The notes under the pieces are model-generated. The model saw nothing but the letters and a program-made list of their open reading frames with translations, had not been told where the DNA came from and did not search any database. Position numbers and translations under genes: made by a program. DNA of 64,000 bases from Amoebidium appalachense (Eukaryota; Protista; Ichthyosporea), in NCBI GenBank assembly GCA_963693365.1, contig CAVNZM010000014.1, forward strand, positions 5,022,001 to 5,086,000, given 5' to 3'. Shown piece after piece: positions 27,603 to 40,593 of the stretch (positions within the stretch are counted from its first letter, which is position 1; each line of letters starts with the position of its first letter).

Positions 27603-27827
27603 CCCACCCCCTCCCCCTTCCCCCTCCCGTTTCTGGCCCACAAAAGAGAAAAAAAGGGGTAGAACATTTGCATTACTAGATGCAGGTGCACCTTCCCCTG
27701 TTTGGCAGTTCCCGCTACCACTTTGTTGTTCGTTTTGTTGGTATCTGATTTCTTGCTGGGTCTGGGTTATGCTACTGTCAGTCTGGAAGTGTGCCTGGGG
27801 GGAGGGGAGGGGGGGGGGGGGGGAGGG

Positions 27828-27858
<31 letters not shown>

Positions 27859-29271
27859 ACAAACGACATCTAACGTTTGCACATAAGATATTGGTAGTCT
27901 TCAAGATAGCTCATGTTTTTTTTTTGTTTTTGTTTTTTTTTTTTTGCTTTTTTTTGTCCTACCAGACTGAAGCTGGAAGAGCAGAGAATACGCACAGAGG
28001 AGCACAACCAAAACGCACAGGAAATGATCGAACTGAACGTGGGGGGCACCGTTTTCACCACCACACGCGCAACGCTTATATGTGTTCCCTCTTCCATGCT
28101 CGCGGCTTGGTTCAGCGGACGACATTCTCTTCTGAAAGACTCACAGGGGAGGGTATTTGTTGACAGAGACCCGAAAATGTTCGAGATCGTGTTGGGGTTT
28201 TTGCGAAGCAGCGCGAAAACTCACTTTCTGGAACACTATTTGAAAAACGATGAAATCTCGACACGGCTACACGAGGAATTCGATTACTTTTGCCTCCCGT
28301 GGCCCCACCCGCCCCCGCCCGAACCGGAAAAAGCACTACACGAAAAATTCGATCAGAACGGGATCGATGTGATTGAGATGAAAGGACATCCGGAGTGGGT
28401 GGCGTGCGTTCACGTTGACGGCGAAATTGCAGTCACCGGCGCCCCCGATGGGCAAGTTCGTGTATGGGATCTGAAAACATGCGCTTTGAAATTGTCATTC
28501 TCCGGACCGAATATCGTCGTGAAGGACGTAGGAATACAGGGGGATACGGTGGTTGCGGCGTACGATGACGGGGTTATCCGGTTGTGGGATATCTCGCGCG
28601 ACGAAAATTCAGCAGATAGCGCTGTAAATTTCACGGTGGGGTCTGGGAGCCCCTGCTGCATGAAAATCAACGCGGGGTTTTTGGCGGTTGCGACGATGGA
28701 CGTTGGTGGGATAAACATAAATACGCCCATGGGTCAACCCGGGGAGTGTTTTGTGTGGGAGGTAGCGAGCGGTGAGCTCGTATGCGAAGATAACGAAGCA
28801 AACGCGATGTGGAGTTTAGGTATGCGGGATGGGTTGGTTGCGTGGGGTCACGATACGCAGATTTTGGTTTGGGATTGCAAAGCTAGATCTTATGCGCAAA
28901 GGTGGGGCGCGCACGTACAGGCGCCCGTAATGTTTATTGGGGAGGTGGAGGGGGGTTGGGTTAGTACTGTGAGGTTGGGGGGGTTTTTGGAAATTGTCAT
29001 GTGGGATGATTACGGCGAGGTGGTGAAAGCGCGTGTTGTGAGTCAGATTGTGTTGATGGAGGTTAGTTTTGACGGGAATTTGTTTTTGAGAAGAGAAGAT
29101 GACCCTACGGAGGTTTTGTTTGAGGATTTTGACGGGACCAAGGCGCTGTATTTGCGTAATTTAGAAGCGGATAGTTTTTATGATGTGTCTGCAAACAAGG
29201 ATGTGGTTGTTTCCGCTCACAAGGGGAAGTTGGTGTGTGTGTGGCGCGCTAAGGAGGTCGATATAAGCTAG
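25718..29271 (+). CDS. Coiled-coil + BTB/POZ (KCTD-type) + WD40-repeat protein, 2 exons
   Basis: Exon 25718-26052 (AG|GTAGG) joins 27966-29271 in frame. IELNVGGTVFTTTRATL...SMLAAWFSG...VFVDRDPKMFEIVLGFLR is a KCTD-type BTB. GHPEWVACVH..VTGAPDGQVRVWD and DDGVIRLWD are WD40 repeats. Confidence 0.88.
26263..26506 (+). repeat. (CT)n microsatellite block in the BTB-WD40 intron
   Basis: Direct inspection. Confidence 0.9.
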
Positions 29272-30221
29272 TGATTTTCTTTTTCTTCTTTTCTTCTTTT
29301 TTGTTTCTTCGTTTTGTTTCTTTCTTCTCGTTATGTACGAAATGAAAGAAGGAAAACTTGTATGATATCACGGGGTCTTTGTGAGGATTTGAAGGTGCGA
29401 TCTGACGGAAGCCCCCTCCTTTATCGGCATTTATCTTGATTTTTTTTATTCCCTCCCTTTTTTCCCTTCTTGCTACCTGCTCCATCGAGCAACACGGCAC
29501 GGGACATGTATGTATGTGATGAATGTGATAATGTGTCGATTTAATGCAAATTCCGGAGATCGGTATGTGTGGTGCGGTGAAGAACCAATCAAAAAGCTTG
29601 AAAATCACGTGACTCTGAGGCTGGTCCTCGGTCGAAAAATGATAATGAAGGTAAACACACCTCGAGTATAGATTTGCGTGTTACTAAGTATTTGTTGGAA
29701 ATGCCTATGCACGACGTTTCGAAAGGGGTTTTCCGAGTATCAGTGTCATGTTCCAATCTGGTTGGTTTGTAGGCTAAGTTAGATTGTCCTGCAGACCTAC
29801 TAAGTTGATCCTGAGTATATGCATGCCTGCAAACAATGACTGTGGAAATGAAATTTGTGCCGTATTCATTATAACCTTTCGTTTACATTTACAAGGGTAT
29901 TGTTTTATTATACAAATTTGAGCGGGATCACATCTACTCTGACATATGCATGGCACTTTCACCAATGATTATCGGACAGCTTCATATGGTGGCCAAATCT
30001 AGGCCTTTTTGTATGCATTCCAACGTCTGTACACAGCAGCTGCACCATGAATGAAATCCTGTGCTTGCACAAATCTAAGTACTGTGGGAGTTGTTTTAAA
30101 TGTTGTCTGTGTACATGGGTGAGTGACATACTAGAGGGTGTGTACATGCTGAACGTGTACATGTGAGTGACGTACGTGTGCACCCTCGTGACGAAACCGT
30201 GGATGAATCGTGTTTGTGTGT

Positions 30222-30297
<76 letters not shown>

Positions 30298-30824
30298 GTA
30301 CACGTGTGTGCGCGCGTGTGTGTGCGCGTGCGTGTGTGGAAGTGTGCAAGCGGCACGTATGAGTGCGTGCGTGTGGTGTGCGTGTTTGCATGTGTGCGTT
30401 GGTTGGCGTGTGTGCGTGTGTGCGTGCGTGTGTACGTGTGTATGTATGTGCGCGTGTGTCGGGTGTGTGCGCGTGTGTGCATGCGTGATTGCACGTACGT
30501 GTGCGTGGGCGTGTGTGCATGTGTGTGTGCACGCGTGTGTGTGTTTGTGTGTTTGTAAGCGTGTGTGCTTGTGTGTGTTTTTCTTTTTTTTTGTGTGTAT
30601 GTGTATGCAGTGGGTGGGTGTGCGTGCGTGTGTGCGCCACGTGTGTGCACGTGTGTGGACAAGTGCGATCATGACTAGTACTCTAGCTACATTGTGATAG
30701 GTAGGGTAATGTGTATCCAGGTGGCTGAGGTCGACTGCGGCGTAGGGTTCGCGCACGGGGTGGTGAGGGGGCGTGTCAGCTGTACATGGACAAAGATGAC
30801 GTGCGCCGTGCCTTGATGTTTGCG

Positions 30825-30879
30825 CAATCAAGGATAGATTACTGCATCCAATCAAGGATAGATTACTGCATCCAATCAA
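30825..30879. repeat. 24-bp tandem repeat (2.3 copies) containing CCAAT
   Basis: CAATCAAGGATAGATTACTGCATC twice, then CAATCAA. Confidence 0.8.
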
Positions 30880-32341
30880 CGCCGTCCAGCCATGGATGTA
30901 AATAGATGCGATTGACTAAGCCATGAGCAATTGGAAGCCATCCAATCATTTTGAAGCTGGGTCTTTTGGGCATCTTGAGTGCTGCGAGAAATTCAAACAA
31001 GCGCCACAGTACGGTGTGCTCACTGCACTTCAGTACGGCTTCCCAGAAATATAAAGGAATACAAAAACGTCAAAGAAGCAATTACATAGAGCAATGTAGC
31101 ACAGTAATATGCTATATAATTTGGTTGATTGGAGCTTTCAAAGGATATTACATGTTTGGTTTTGTGCCCTCAATCTTGTATGTGCAAGTTGCGCGATTCG
31201 AAAATTACCAAAAACCCCAATACTTAGCCTTCGCCACCTGATTGGTTCACTAATTCTGGCCCACCAGCCGGTGCACTTCGTTACGTTTTCGTGTGGTTCT
31301 GTTGCCTATACACTGCGTGTTTTCGCCAGTTTTCTATGCGTGAAACTTTTGTTAGGTTACAGTAAATCCGGGCAAGAGCCCAGACAAAACATTAGAAAAG
31401 AAACGTGTATAAAATATACACAACAAAAGAACATGAAGACAGGGCAGTAGGCAGGGTAGGACCTTTTCTTTGCGTCTTTCAGAGGCCGGCTAGCGAAACC
31501 TCAGCAATACATACACTTCACAAGAGCTATGTGCATGTTTTCTCTCCAAATATACATAAGCACGCCAACCCCAAGGCATGACTAAATGCGTCGTTTAGGC
31601 ATATGGTAAGTCCTTCTCCTACTCACGTTCTTCTCAACTCTGAAATCAGTATGCTTCGTTGCACTGTTAGTAGGGGGTTCTTTTTTACACCCGTAGACCT
31701 CCGATTGATATGCACGACCAAAGCAGCGGGAAAAAAGAACCACTGAATTATCACGCGGATGCATGGAGTTCGCGTTACAAAAACACATGCACTCTTACAC
31801 CTGCATTCTACATGGGTTGACACGTTGTCAAGACACACACGCGCACACGCGCAAACAGGCACGCATACACACACACATGAACATACACACATGTACACTT
31901 GCACTTAATTGTACATTACACGCCTGCCCGCGTACACACACGCATGCGCAGCGCGAACACATAGGATTGCAGACACACCCTTGCTCTCGCACATATCTCA
32001 CCCCACACATGCAGGCACATGCACACATACACACACATGCGCACGCACACACACACACACACACGTGCGGGCGGGAGCGCGCACACACACGCACACAAAC
32101 ACACACACAATCACACGCACACAAACACAAACAAATACAAACACGAACATGAACACATATACACACATGCACACACACACCGTGATGGACACGGGCGTAA
32201 GGCACGCACGCATACAAGCACACGTGTACACAGACACATGCATACACACATACGCACACGCGTGTGCATGCACACAGACACACACACACACACACACACA
32301 TGCACACACACACGCACACGCACACGCACAAGCACACGCGC

Positions 32342-32374
<33 letters not shown>

Positions 32375-32691
32375 CACAGAAATGTCACCCAGACACCACG
32401 AACATGCAATTCACACACATTATAACAGATATAGAAGTATACACACACATGCAGCTTAGTTGTACATAGCTGTGTACTTCTATCCATAATGAGATCCTTG
32501 CTGTGACCTATGTGTTTGCCCTTTAGTAAAAATGTTTCTTTTGGCAATTTCTTTTCAATCACAGAGTTCACAGCCTCCCGAATGATGCTCTTCAGGCCAG
32601 CCAGACCCATCCTCGCAGTGATTAGCAGCCAATAAAACACGTCGGTTAGTTTTATAAAACCTCTTCGGGGCTCTGAATTCCGCCACCAAAA

Positions 32692-33766
32692 ATGGGGCTC
32701 GGCATTATTGCCGCAGCCGTCACATGGGTTGCCGCCCTAGCAACGGCTAGCCAATCATTTCAGGGATATCCCGATCTGACAAATCAAGTGGCGATATGGC
32801 GATCCAACGCCGAAGAAAGCACCATGAAATTGCCGCATGCAGACCCGTGGGGGGATTCTGGGTTCCACCCTTCGGATGCGGATTACTCAAATTATCGTTT
32901 AAACGAAACCGAAATTTCGGTCAAGGTTTCGGCACAGCAATATGGTGTGTTATCAACGCGGGCGCCCGCGCCGCGCGTTGTCATGTGCATAAACAACTGG
33001 GACGATCAGAATTCGATCGTGAGGGAAATTCGCCAATCGGCGGAACTGGGGTCAAATTACATCATTATTTCGTGGCTTTATTACGATGGACCCCACGATG
33101 GGGCGAAATTTTGGTCGGAATTGAGCGATGACTTGAAGAAGGAGACTCTGGATTACATTCACGGACTGGGGGCAAAGTTGTTGGTCACAGCAAGTGGGGC
33201 GCCCGGTGAAATTCAGGTAGGCATATAGGGTGAATTTGGAGGGGGTAGAGGGTAGAGGAGAGAGGGAAAGGGGGAGAGGGGGGGGGGGGGGGGGGGAGGG
33301 GAGGGGGGAGGGGTGTTGGTATGTTCATCCCTTGTTAATGGGGAAGGGTGAGTGTGTGTGTCAGGGGGTGAGGGGGGTGAGTTGAGTCGGAATGAGGTGG
33401 TGATTGGGCAGGGAAGGAGGGGGGGGGACTGCTGGGTGAGGGGCGAGGGCAGGTGGGGTGGGGAAGGATAAAGGATGAGGGGTAGGCATGCAACGGCAAG
33501 GAGGGGGGGGGGGGTGTTCCGGGGGGGGGGGGGGGGGAGGGGGAGGGGAGGGGGGGAGGGGGGGGGGGGGGGGGGGCGGGGCGGGACAACCAGAGAAGGA
33601 GAGAGGGAGTTAAACTTAGGCCCGGGGAGGGGAGGAGGGGGGGGGGGGAGAAAGACAGAGGTTATGTTGAACAGTGCATGACAGAACAGGGCACATTGGT
33701 TCTCTCATTGATATAGGCTAAAAAGGACAGGCACATATCACCACAGGTCTATACAACATATTCCCC

Positions 33767-33826
<60 letters not shown>

Positions 33827-36800
33827 ATAAAAAAAAAACACGGCCAAACCTTCTTTCTCATCCGCAGGGCTACATGGATTCCGGTACCCCGTCGGCTGAG
33901 GAATGGGGCCGGAAAATGGGAGAGTGGGTGGTCGGAAATATGCTGGACGGTATAGATGTGCTGGTGACGCACACAAAGAAGGACCAGTCTGTGCCGTGGA
34001 TAATTTCGGCCACACGTGCCATCCGAAGTGCAATCGGTAATGACAGGGTCATGAGTCATAGCCCGGCGGTGAGTGAAATTTATCCCTTTTACCTCTTTCC
34101 TCCTCCGAGAAGGGGAAAAAACCCCCAACAACAGAATTAGTAATAATAACCAATCTCCTCTCCTCTTGTTTGAACTACAACACACACCTTACCCTCCCCA
34201 TCTTGTTTAAGACGCAGCGCACTCGTAAAGCTCCCTTTGTCTCGGATTTCACACACTTAGATCTCCCCCCCCCACCCCCCCGTTTCCGGTAATAACACTC
34301 TTAGATCCCCTCTTTTTCTCTGCTTCATGTGTAACACACACTACCCCCCCCCCCCCCCCCCCCCTTTTTTTTTTTTTTTTCAATTTTTAGGCGCCGCTGT
34401 TCAGCTGCTGGTGGGACCAGGGCTACCACAAGATCTATCAGGAATGCAGGGACGACATTGATTGGCTCAACGTCCAATATTTCAACCAGGTACCCTTATG
34501 GACCCCCCTCCCACCCTGCAACCGTTGGCATCCCCCCCCCCTGCATCCCGCTGATAACCCCCTTCCCCCCCCCCCCCCTCCCCCCTCCCCCCCTCCCTTC
34601 TCCCCCTCCTCCCTACCTCATCAACCTCTAGATTTTCTATTACTTCCTTATAATTGTACACGACATGCTGACCCTTTGATACTACTACTTGACCTGTATC
34701 CCTCCGGGGTTTTTCTCATGGTGTAGTTCTGCATCTTATAGTGTTCCGCATTCTAACCAACCCTCCCCCTCCCCTCCCCTCCCCCCCCCCCCCCCCCCCC
34801 CCCCCAACACACACACACACACAAACACAGGGAGAGCAAAACCAATACAACACATACGAAAAACTCTTCAGTGATGCCGGTGGGGGCGCATCGGCGATGG
34901 ATATCAAGGCGGACCCGAACTTATACGGGCCCATGCCTGATACACGCGTGTTTGAGCTGAACAAGCGGGGGATTCCATTGGAGAAGATTGTCGTGGGAAA
35001 ACCGAGAGATGGGGCGGCAAAGGATGGATATGTGCCGTTGGATATGCTGCTGGATATACATAAGAGGTAGGTGGGGGATGTTTGGATATATGGTGAATAT
35101 ATGGTGTTGGATATTTGAAATTCATAGAAGGTTGTGGGGGATGTTTGGATATGCGGTAAATAAAGGACGTAGGATATTTAGATTACATAGGAGGTTGGTG
35201 TGGGATGTTTGTATATACAGTGGATATAGGGTGTGTGATCTTTGAATTGCATAGAAGGTAGGTGGGGATATTTAGATATTTATAAGAGGTAGGTGTGAGA
35301 TGTTTGGATATTCGGTGGACATACATGGCCTCGTGCCTGCGTGTTATAACTATTTTTTTATTACGTGGGTTTGATCTTGTAGGGGGGTTTTTCTTTTTCC
35401 TCCCTCAGATAAAATATGAGCATATATTCCTCCTGTGGGAGATGAAGGGAGCGAGGCAAGCATATGGTAGCGGAAGAAAGGGAGACGGGATGGTGTGTGT
35501 GCGGTGGTGGTGGTGTGAGGGCGGTGGGTGTGTGTGTGTGGGGGGGGGGGGGGGGGGGGGGGGGAGGGCTTAGAGCAAGAAGAAGTTTTTTTCCCCTTTT
35601 GTTGAGGAGGGAGGGGGGGAGAGAAGGAGATAGATATTGAATCAGATATCGTCCACAGGGCAATTGATGAGCGTAAATTTAACGGGGGTGCTCTACTGTG
35701 GAATTTCGAAAAGTGCAATCTGGAGGTGGCAGATTGGAGCCGGAAATTTCACGAGCTCTACTTTGGTACCCCCGTGCCCACGATAACCCCGACCAGCACC
35801 CAAACCATCCTCCCAGACCCCACCACCACCACAGAAACCCCCCCGACAACCACTGTGGACCCCACCACTACTGAAATTACGCCGACCACCACTGAAGACC
35901 CCATCGCGACAGAAACCCCCCCGACAACCACTATGGACCCCACCACTACTGAAATTACACCAACAACGACCGAAACCAGCACTAACGCTGGTAGTATTTT
36001 GACCACCACCACCACCGAAACCTCCTCTACCGCCACTACAACGGAAATTCCCACCACCACCTCAATAAACCCCCCTCCCACCACCGAAATTCCCACCACC
36101 ACCTCAATAAACCCCCCTCCCACCACCGAAATTTCGACCGCCACCACCACTTCCACCGTGAGTTCAACGGGCGATCAAGTCACCATTACGGTCACAACGA
36201 CAATTTACACGTGCACAGAAACCCCCCCACCCACCACTATTACCGCCACCACCACCACCCCATGCACGCGCACCGATTCTATCGTTTCAACCACCACCGT
36301 TGTCCCAACGACAACCGGCCCATGTACACGACATGTGGTTCGGGTATAGACCCCCCCTTCCCCCCCCCCCCCCCCCACCCTTCGGGCAAAAATTGCATTT
36401 TTTGTCTGCCATGAATGTGTAACTTAGTAACGAAATTCGTACCTCCCCCTTCCCGACCCTCCCCTTCTCCCCCCCCCCCCCCCCCCCCCCCCACTCCTCC
36501 CCGGGAAATTTGCATTTTGTTGTCCTTTAGGAATATGTAGTTACCTCGTACTCTCACAGAATTCTGACCTCCCCCTTTCTGAACAACCATCCCTCCCGTC
36601 CTCTCCTCTCCCCCCATCCACCCTCCCTCCCTCCCCCCGGGGCGCCCATACGTGTGGGTTCGTTGTTTACATAAAACAATGATACGCTCAGAACTCTGTT
36701 GGTGTGTGTGGCATCCCATGCAACCCCTATATACCGAACCACCTCTCCCTTTTTTCTCTCCCCCCCTTCAAAAAAAGTAAACACACACACACACATACAC

Positions 36801-36834
36801 AAACACACATATACACACACACATGCACGCGCGC

Positions 36835-36869
<35 letters not shown>

Positions 36870-36896
36870 CACGCACACACACACACACACACACCT

Positions 36897-36957
<61 letters not shown>

Positions 36958-36975
36958 GCACACCCGCCACCCCCC

Positions 36976-37006
<31 letters not shown>

Positions 37007-38901
37007 AAAGCCCCCCCCCCCCTCCCCACACATAAGCAACCCTGCTCGTCTTTGATCAAGACGGGTTGACCCTCCCAAGTTCAGTTGATGCTGCTGTCTG
37101 AGTTGGAGAGTCGTATATACGCGGGCTAAGGGGTCGAAACCCAGACGCAATTGATGACTTGGGCCCTCCCTGAGGATGGGCTCTGCTTATGACGCATACT
37201 GTGCGCATGGCTGATGTTGAATACTTGAATGTTTGCCTTTGCATGTGTTCTGCACCATGCTTCTCATCGTGTATGCGTACTTCGTACCGTGTTCCACATT
37301 CAAACCCCCCTCCCCCCCTCCCCCCCCCCCACACACACACACGTACAGTCAGGAGACACACTCTGCAGTCTTGCCCAGGATCTGTCTCTCCCATGTGTGC
37401 CCCCTTATCAGTGGACTCAAATCCGATTGGAGGATCAAGCCACCCCGGCAACAAATCCAATCACCGTAGGCCAAGTATGGCACCCCCCTCTCCCTTCGTC
37501 CCCCCCCCCCCCCCCCCCCTTTGCCCCCCTTTCTTGAGAAAGGGCTCTACTGATGATGCATCCTCTCTGTGTGCTTTGCGGAATCTGCACTGTGTTGTGT
37601 TGTGTTGTGTTGTGTTGTGTTGTGTTGTGTTGTGTTGTGTTGTGTTGTGTTGTCCGTCTTGAATGTGCATTTTGTATTCTTCTAACCCCCCTCCCCCCCC
37701 CCTTTTCTCCCCGGCCCCTGCCCGCCTGTACGCCTGCCCGTCCGGGCACTCCGCCCGAATCCTGTGGCCCCAACCTTTAAACCATGGGAACGTCCAACAA
37801 CACATCATTATTTTCCTTCTCTGTCCTCATAATGAGGAGGGAAAAAAAAAAGAAAATAAAAGAAAAGAAAAAGAAGAAGAGAACAATAAAACTCAAGGAC
37901 ACATTACACATCGATGTTTTTTCTTACCCCCAATTCTCACCATCCTCATCTTTACAGGTGCTCTATCTCTGCCCAGACACCACCACCACCACCACTGCAA
38001 CTACCGCCACTTTGACGTCGACTATCCCCCCTCCTCCCCCTCCAACCACCACCACCACTTCTACCACTATCCCTACGCCTACCACCGTTCCCGATCGTAA
38101 ATCGACAAATCGAGTTGAGGTTTATATTAACAGCCAATTGGTTGAAGAGGAGATTAAGGGAGCGATTGACGCGGGTGCTACACACGTCATTTTAGGGTTT
38201 TGGCGATATGTCGACGGGGGGATATACGCGGCAAAAAGTTGGAATGATTTAAGTGCGGGGAAGAAGGCGGATTTGATTGCGCTTGCGCATTCCAAGGGGG
38301 CCGCTCTGATGCTTGGTGTCGGTGGAGTGGGCGAACCGGTAAGGGTAAGTGTTGCTCGTGATTTTAAAAATATAATAATATGATCACCTTTTGTGTGTAG
38401 TTTACATGTTTATCCCACAAACAACAGCTTGATGAAAGCAAGATACACGAGCAGGAAGGAACACAAAGGGGAGAACGTTGTAGGCCAAAGCGGGGGGAGG
38501 GCGGAGGGCGGAGGGGCGGGGGGGGGGGGGGGGGGGGGAGGGGGGGGGGGAGGGGGGGGGAGGGGGGGGGGGGGGGGGGGGGGAGAGACAGCGTGCTGTG
38601 GGGTGATACTATAACGGAGAAAGAACGGATGAAAAGAGGGAAAAACCATAAGCAAACGGGAAAAGGTGGGGAGAGGAGATGGGTGGGTGGGTGGGTGGGT
38701 GGGGGTGGGGGTGGGGTGGGGGGGGGGGAGGGAGGGAGGGGAGGGAGGGGGGGACTGGGGTTGGAAGGGGGGGGGGGGGGGGGAGGGGGGGGGAGTGAAT
38801 GTAGCAAGGACAATGCACGTGAGACAGTGCATGGACATCATTGGGCGGAGGGTGGTGGTCGGTGTTGTTATCCGTGGTCGTGGTAGTGGTTTTGTATCAC
38901 C

Positions 38902-38942
<41 letters not shown>

Positions 38943-40522
38943 GGTGCGTACATGTGTATGTGCATGTGCAAGTGTGTGTGTGTGTGTGTGTGTTTTTCTC
39001 TCCGTATGTGTGCCTGTGTGTGTGCGTCGGTGTGTGTGTGTGTGGGGATGGGGGGGAGGGGGGGGGGGGGGGGGAGGGGGGGTTGAGGGGGAGGGGGAGG
39101 AAGGGTGGGTGGGGGTGGGAGAAGGAAGGGGGGGAGAGGGGGAAGGGGAGGGGAGGATAAAGGGCGGGGGAGAGGGGGGGGGGGGGGGGAGAGGGAAGGG
39201 AGATAGAGAGAGAGGAGACTAGGAGATGTCTGCAGAAAATGGGCAAAACACCAAATACATATGTGGGGAGGATGAGAGATGGTCCCTAATCCCCCCATAT
39301 ATTTTCTGAATAATCGCAAGCTGATTTCCAGCCTAAGGCAGCTCGCTTCCTGCTCTTTTTTATTGTTTTTTCTTTTCTTTTTAGCGGTTCTTCATTATTG
39401 GAATATTCACAATAATTAACCCGTGTATATGCACGCCCCGCACAGGACTTTATCCAAAGCGGCCTGCCTACCGGGGAAATATACGGGAAAATGGCAGCGG
39501 AATATGCGGTTTCCCTACAGCTAGATGGGTTGGAATTCTATCTTTCTGGTATGACTGATCTGAAAGATAAGGGACCTGATTGGGTCATTGCGGCCAATCA
39601 GGCGGCGCGGAAAGTGCTGGGGCCCGATAGGGTCATTTCTCATGCACCACAGGTATGTGAGCCAAACATTGTTTCCAGGTTTTCCCTTAAAAAATCTCGT
39701 TTTCTTTTTTTTTTTTTTTTTTTTTGCCCGTGTCGTTTGTGTGCCTGTACGTGTGCTCCTGTGTTGACGTCTGTGTTGAGAGATTTTTTGACTTCGAAAT
39801 TGGATCTCAAATCGCACATTCAGAATTGGTTGACTGAAATATGATGGTTTGTGTCCCAAACGAGGAAAAACGGGGGAACTAGATTTGCATTTTCCGTTTC
39901 CAAAAAATCAACCCACAAACCGAGGTCTCCAGCAAGAATCATTTCTTTGTGGATGTACGTAACTGCGTGTGTTCAAGCAACAACCTGAACAGGCAGATTT
40001 AAATAGCTTTTTCGATAATAACCCCAGCACAGAACTCCACCCTCTCCCCTCCCAACCCTCCCCCCCCCCCCCCCCCCCCCCCCCACGCCCCGCGTGCGCG
40101 CACACACACAGACACACACACAGGGAGACAGAAACGGGAAGGGGGGGGGGGGGGGGGGAGAGAGAGAGGGAGAAAGAGAAGGAGAGGGCGGGAAAGGAGT
40201 AGCGGGCGGGGAAGCTAGAGAGTGAGAGAGAGAAAGAGAAACATGCACACACAGGGAGAGAGGTGGGAAGGGGGGGGCGATGGCGGAAGAAGTGATATAC
40301 TTTGACACTAATTTCAGTCCAAACACCTGGAAAGTAAACCCAAACATGCCAGTAATTCATGTATAAGTGGTTCTAGATGTCTGTAAACTTCGCTCAAGGA
40401 GGGCACTTACTGTTTATGTTTTCAGGCTGTCTACTTCACCACCACATGGAACAAGGGATACCAGAAGGTATATGCGGCGTGCAATGACGACATTGATTGG
40501 CTGAGCATCCAGTACTACGACC

Positions 40523-40593
<71 letters not shown>

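Noticed and set aside
36344-36349. Stop codon ending a stand-alone first GH18 gene
   Set aside because: GTATAG also works as a phase-0 donor that joins 37958 in frame and continues the Thr-rich stalk, and the downstream part has no start or signal peptide. The single-gene model is preferred, though not proven.
37125-37180. Hammerhead ribozyme in the repeated element (CGAAAC ... CTGAGGA)
   Set aside because: The base after CUGAGGA cannot pair with the C before GAAA to form stem II, no conserved NUH site follows stem III, and the GAAAC bases are used in another covarying stem.
37031-37190. TPP riboswitch, U2 snRNA (GATCAAG), C/D snoRNA or HEARO/omegaRNA (GTTGACC) identity for the element
   Set aside because: Only 6-7 nt matches; the diagnostic flanking motifs are missing or not conserved across subfamilies.
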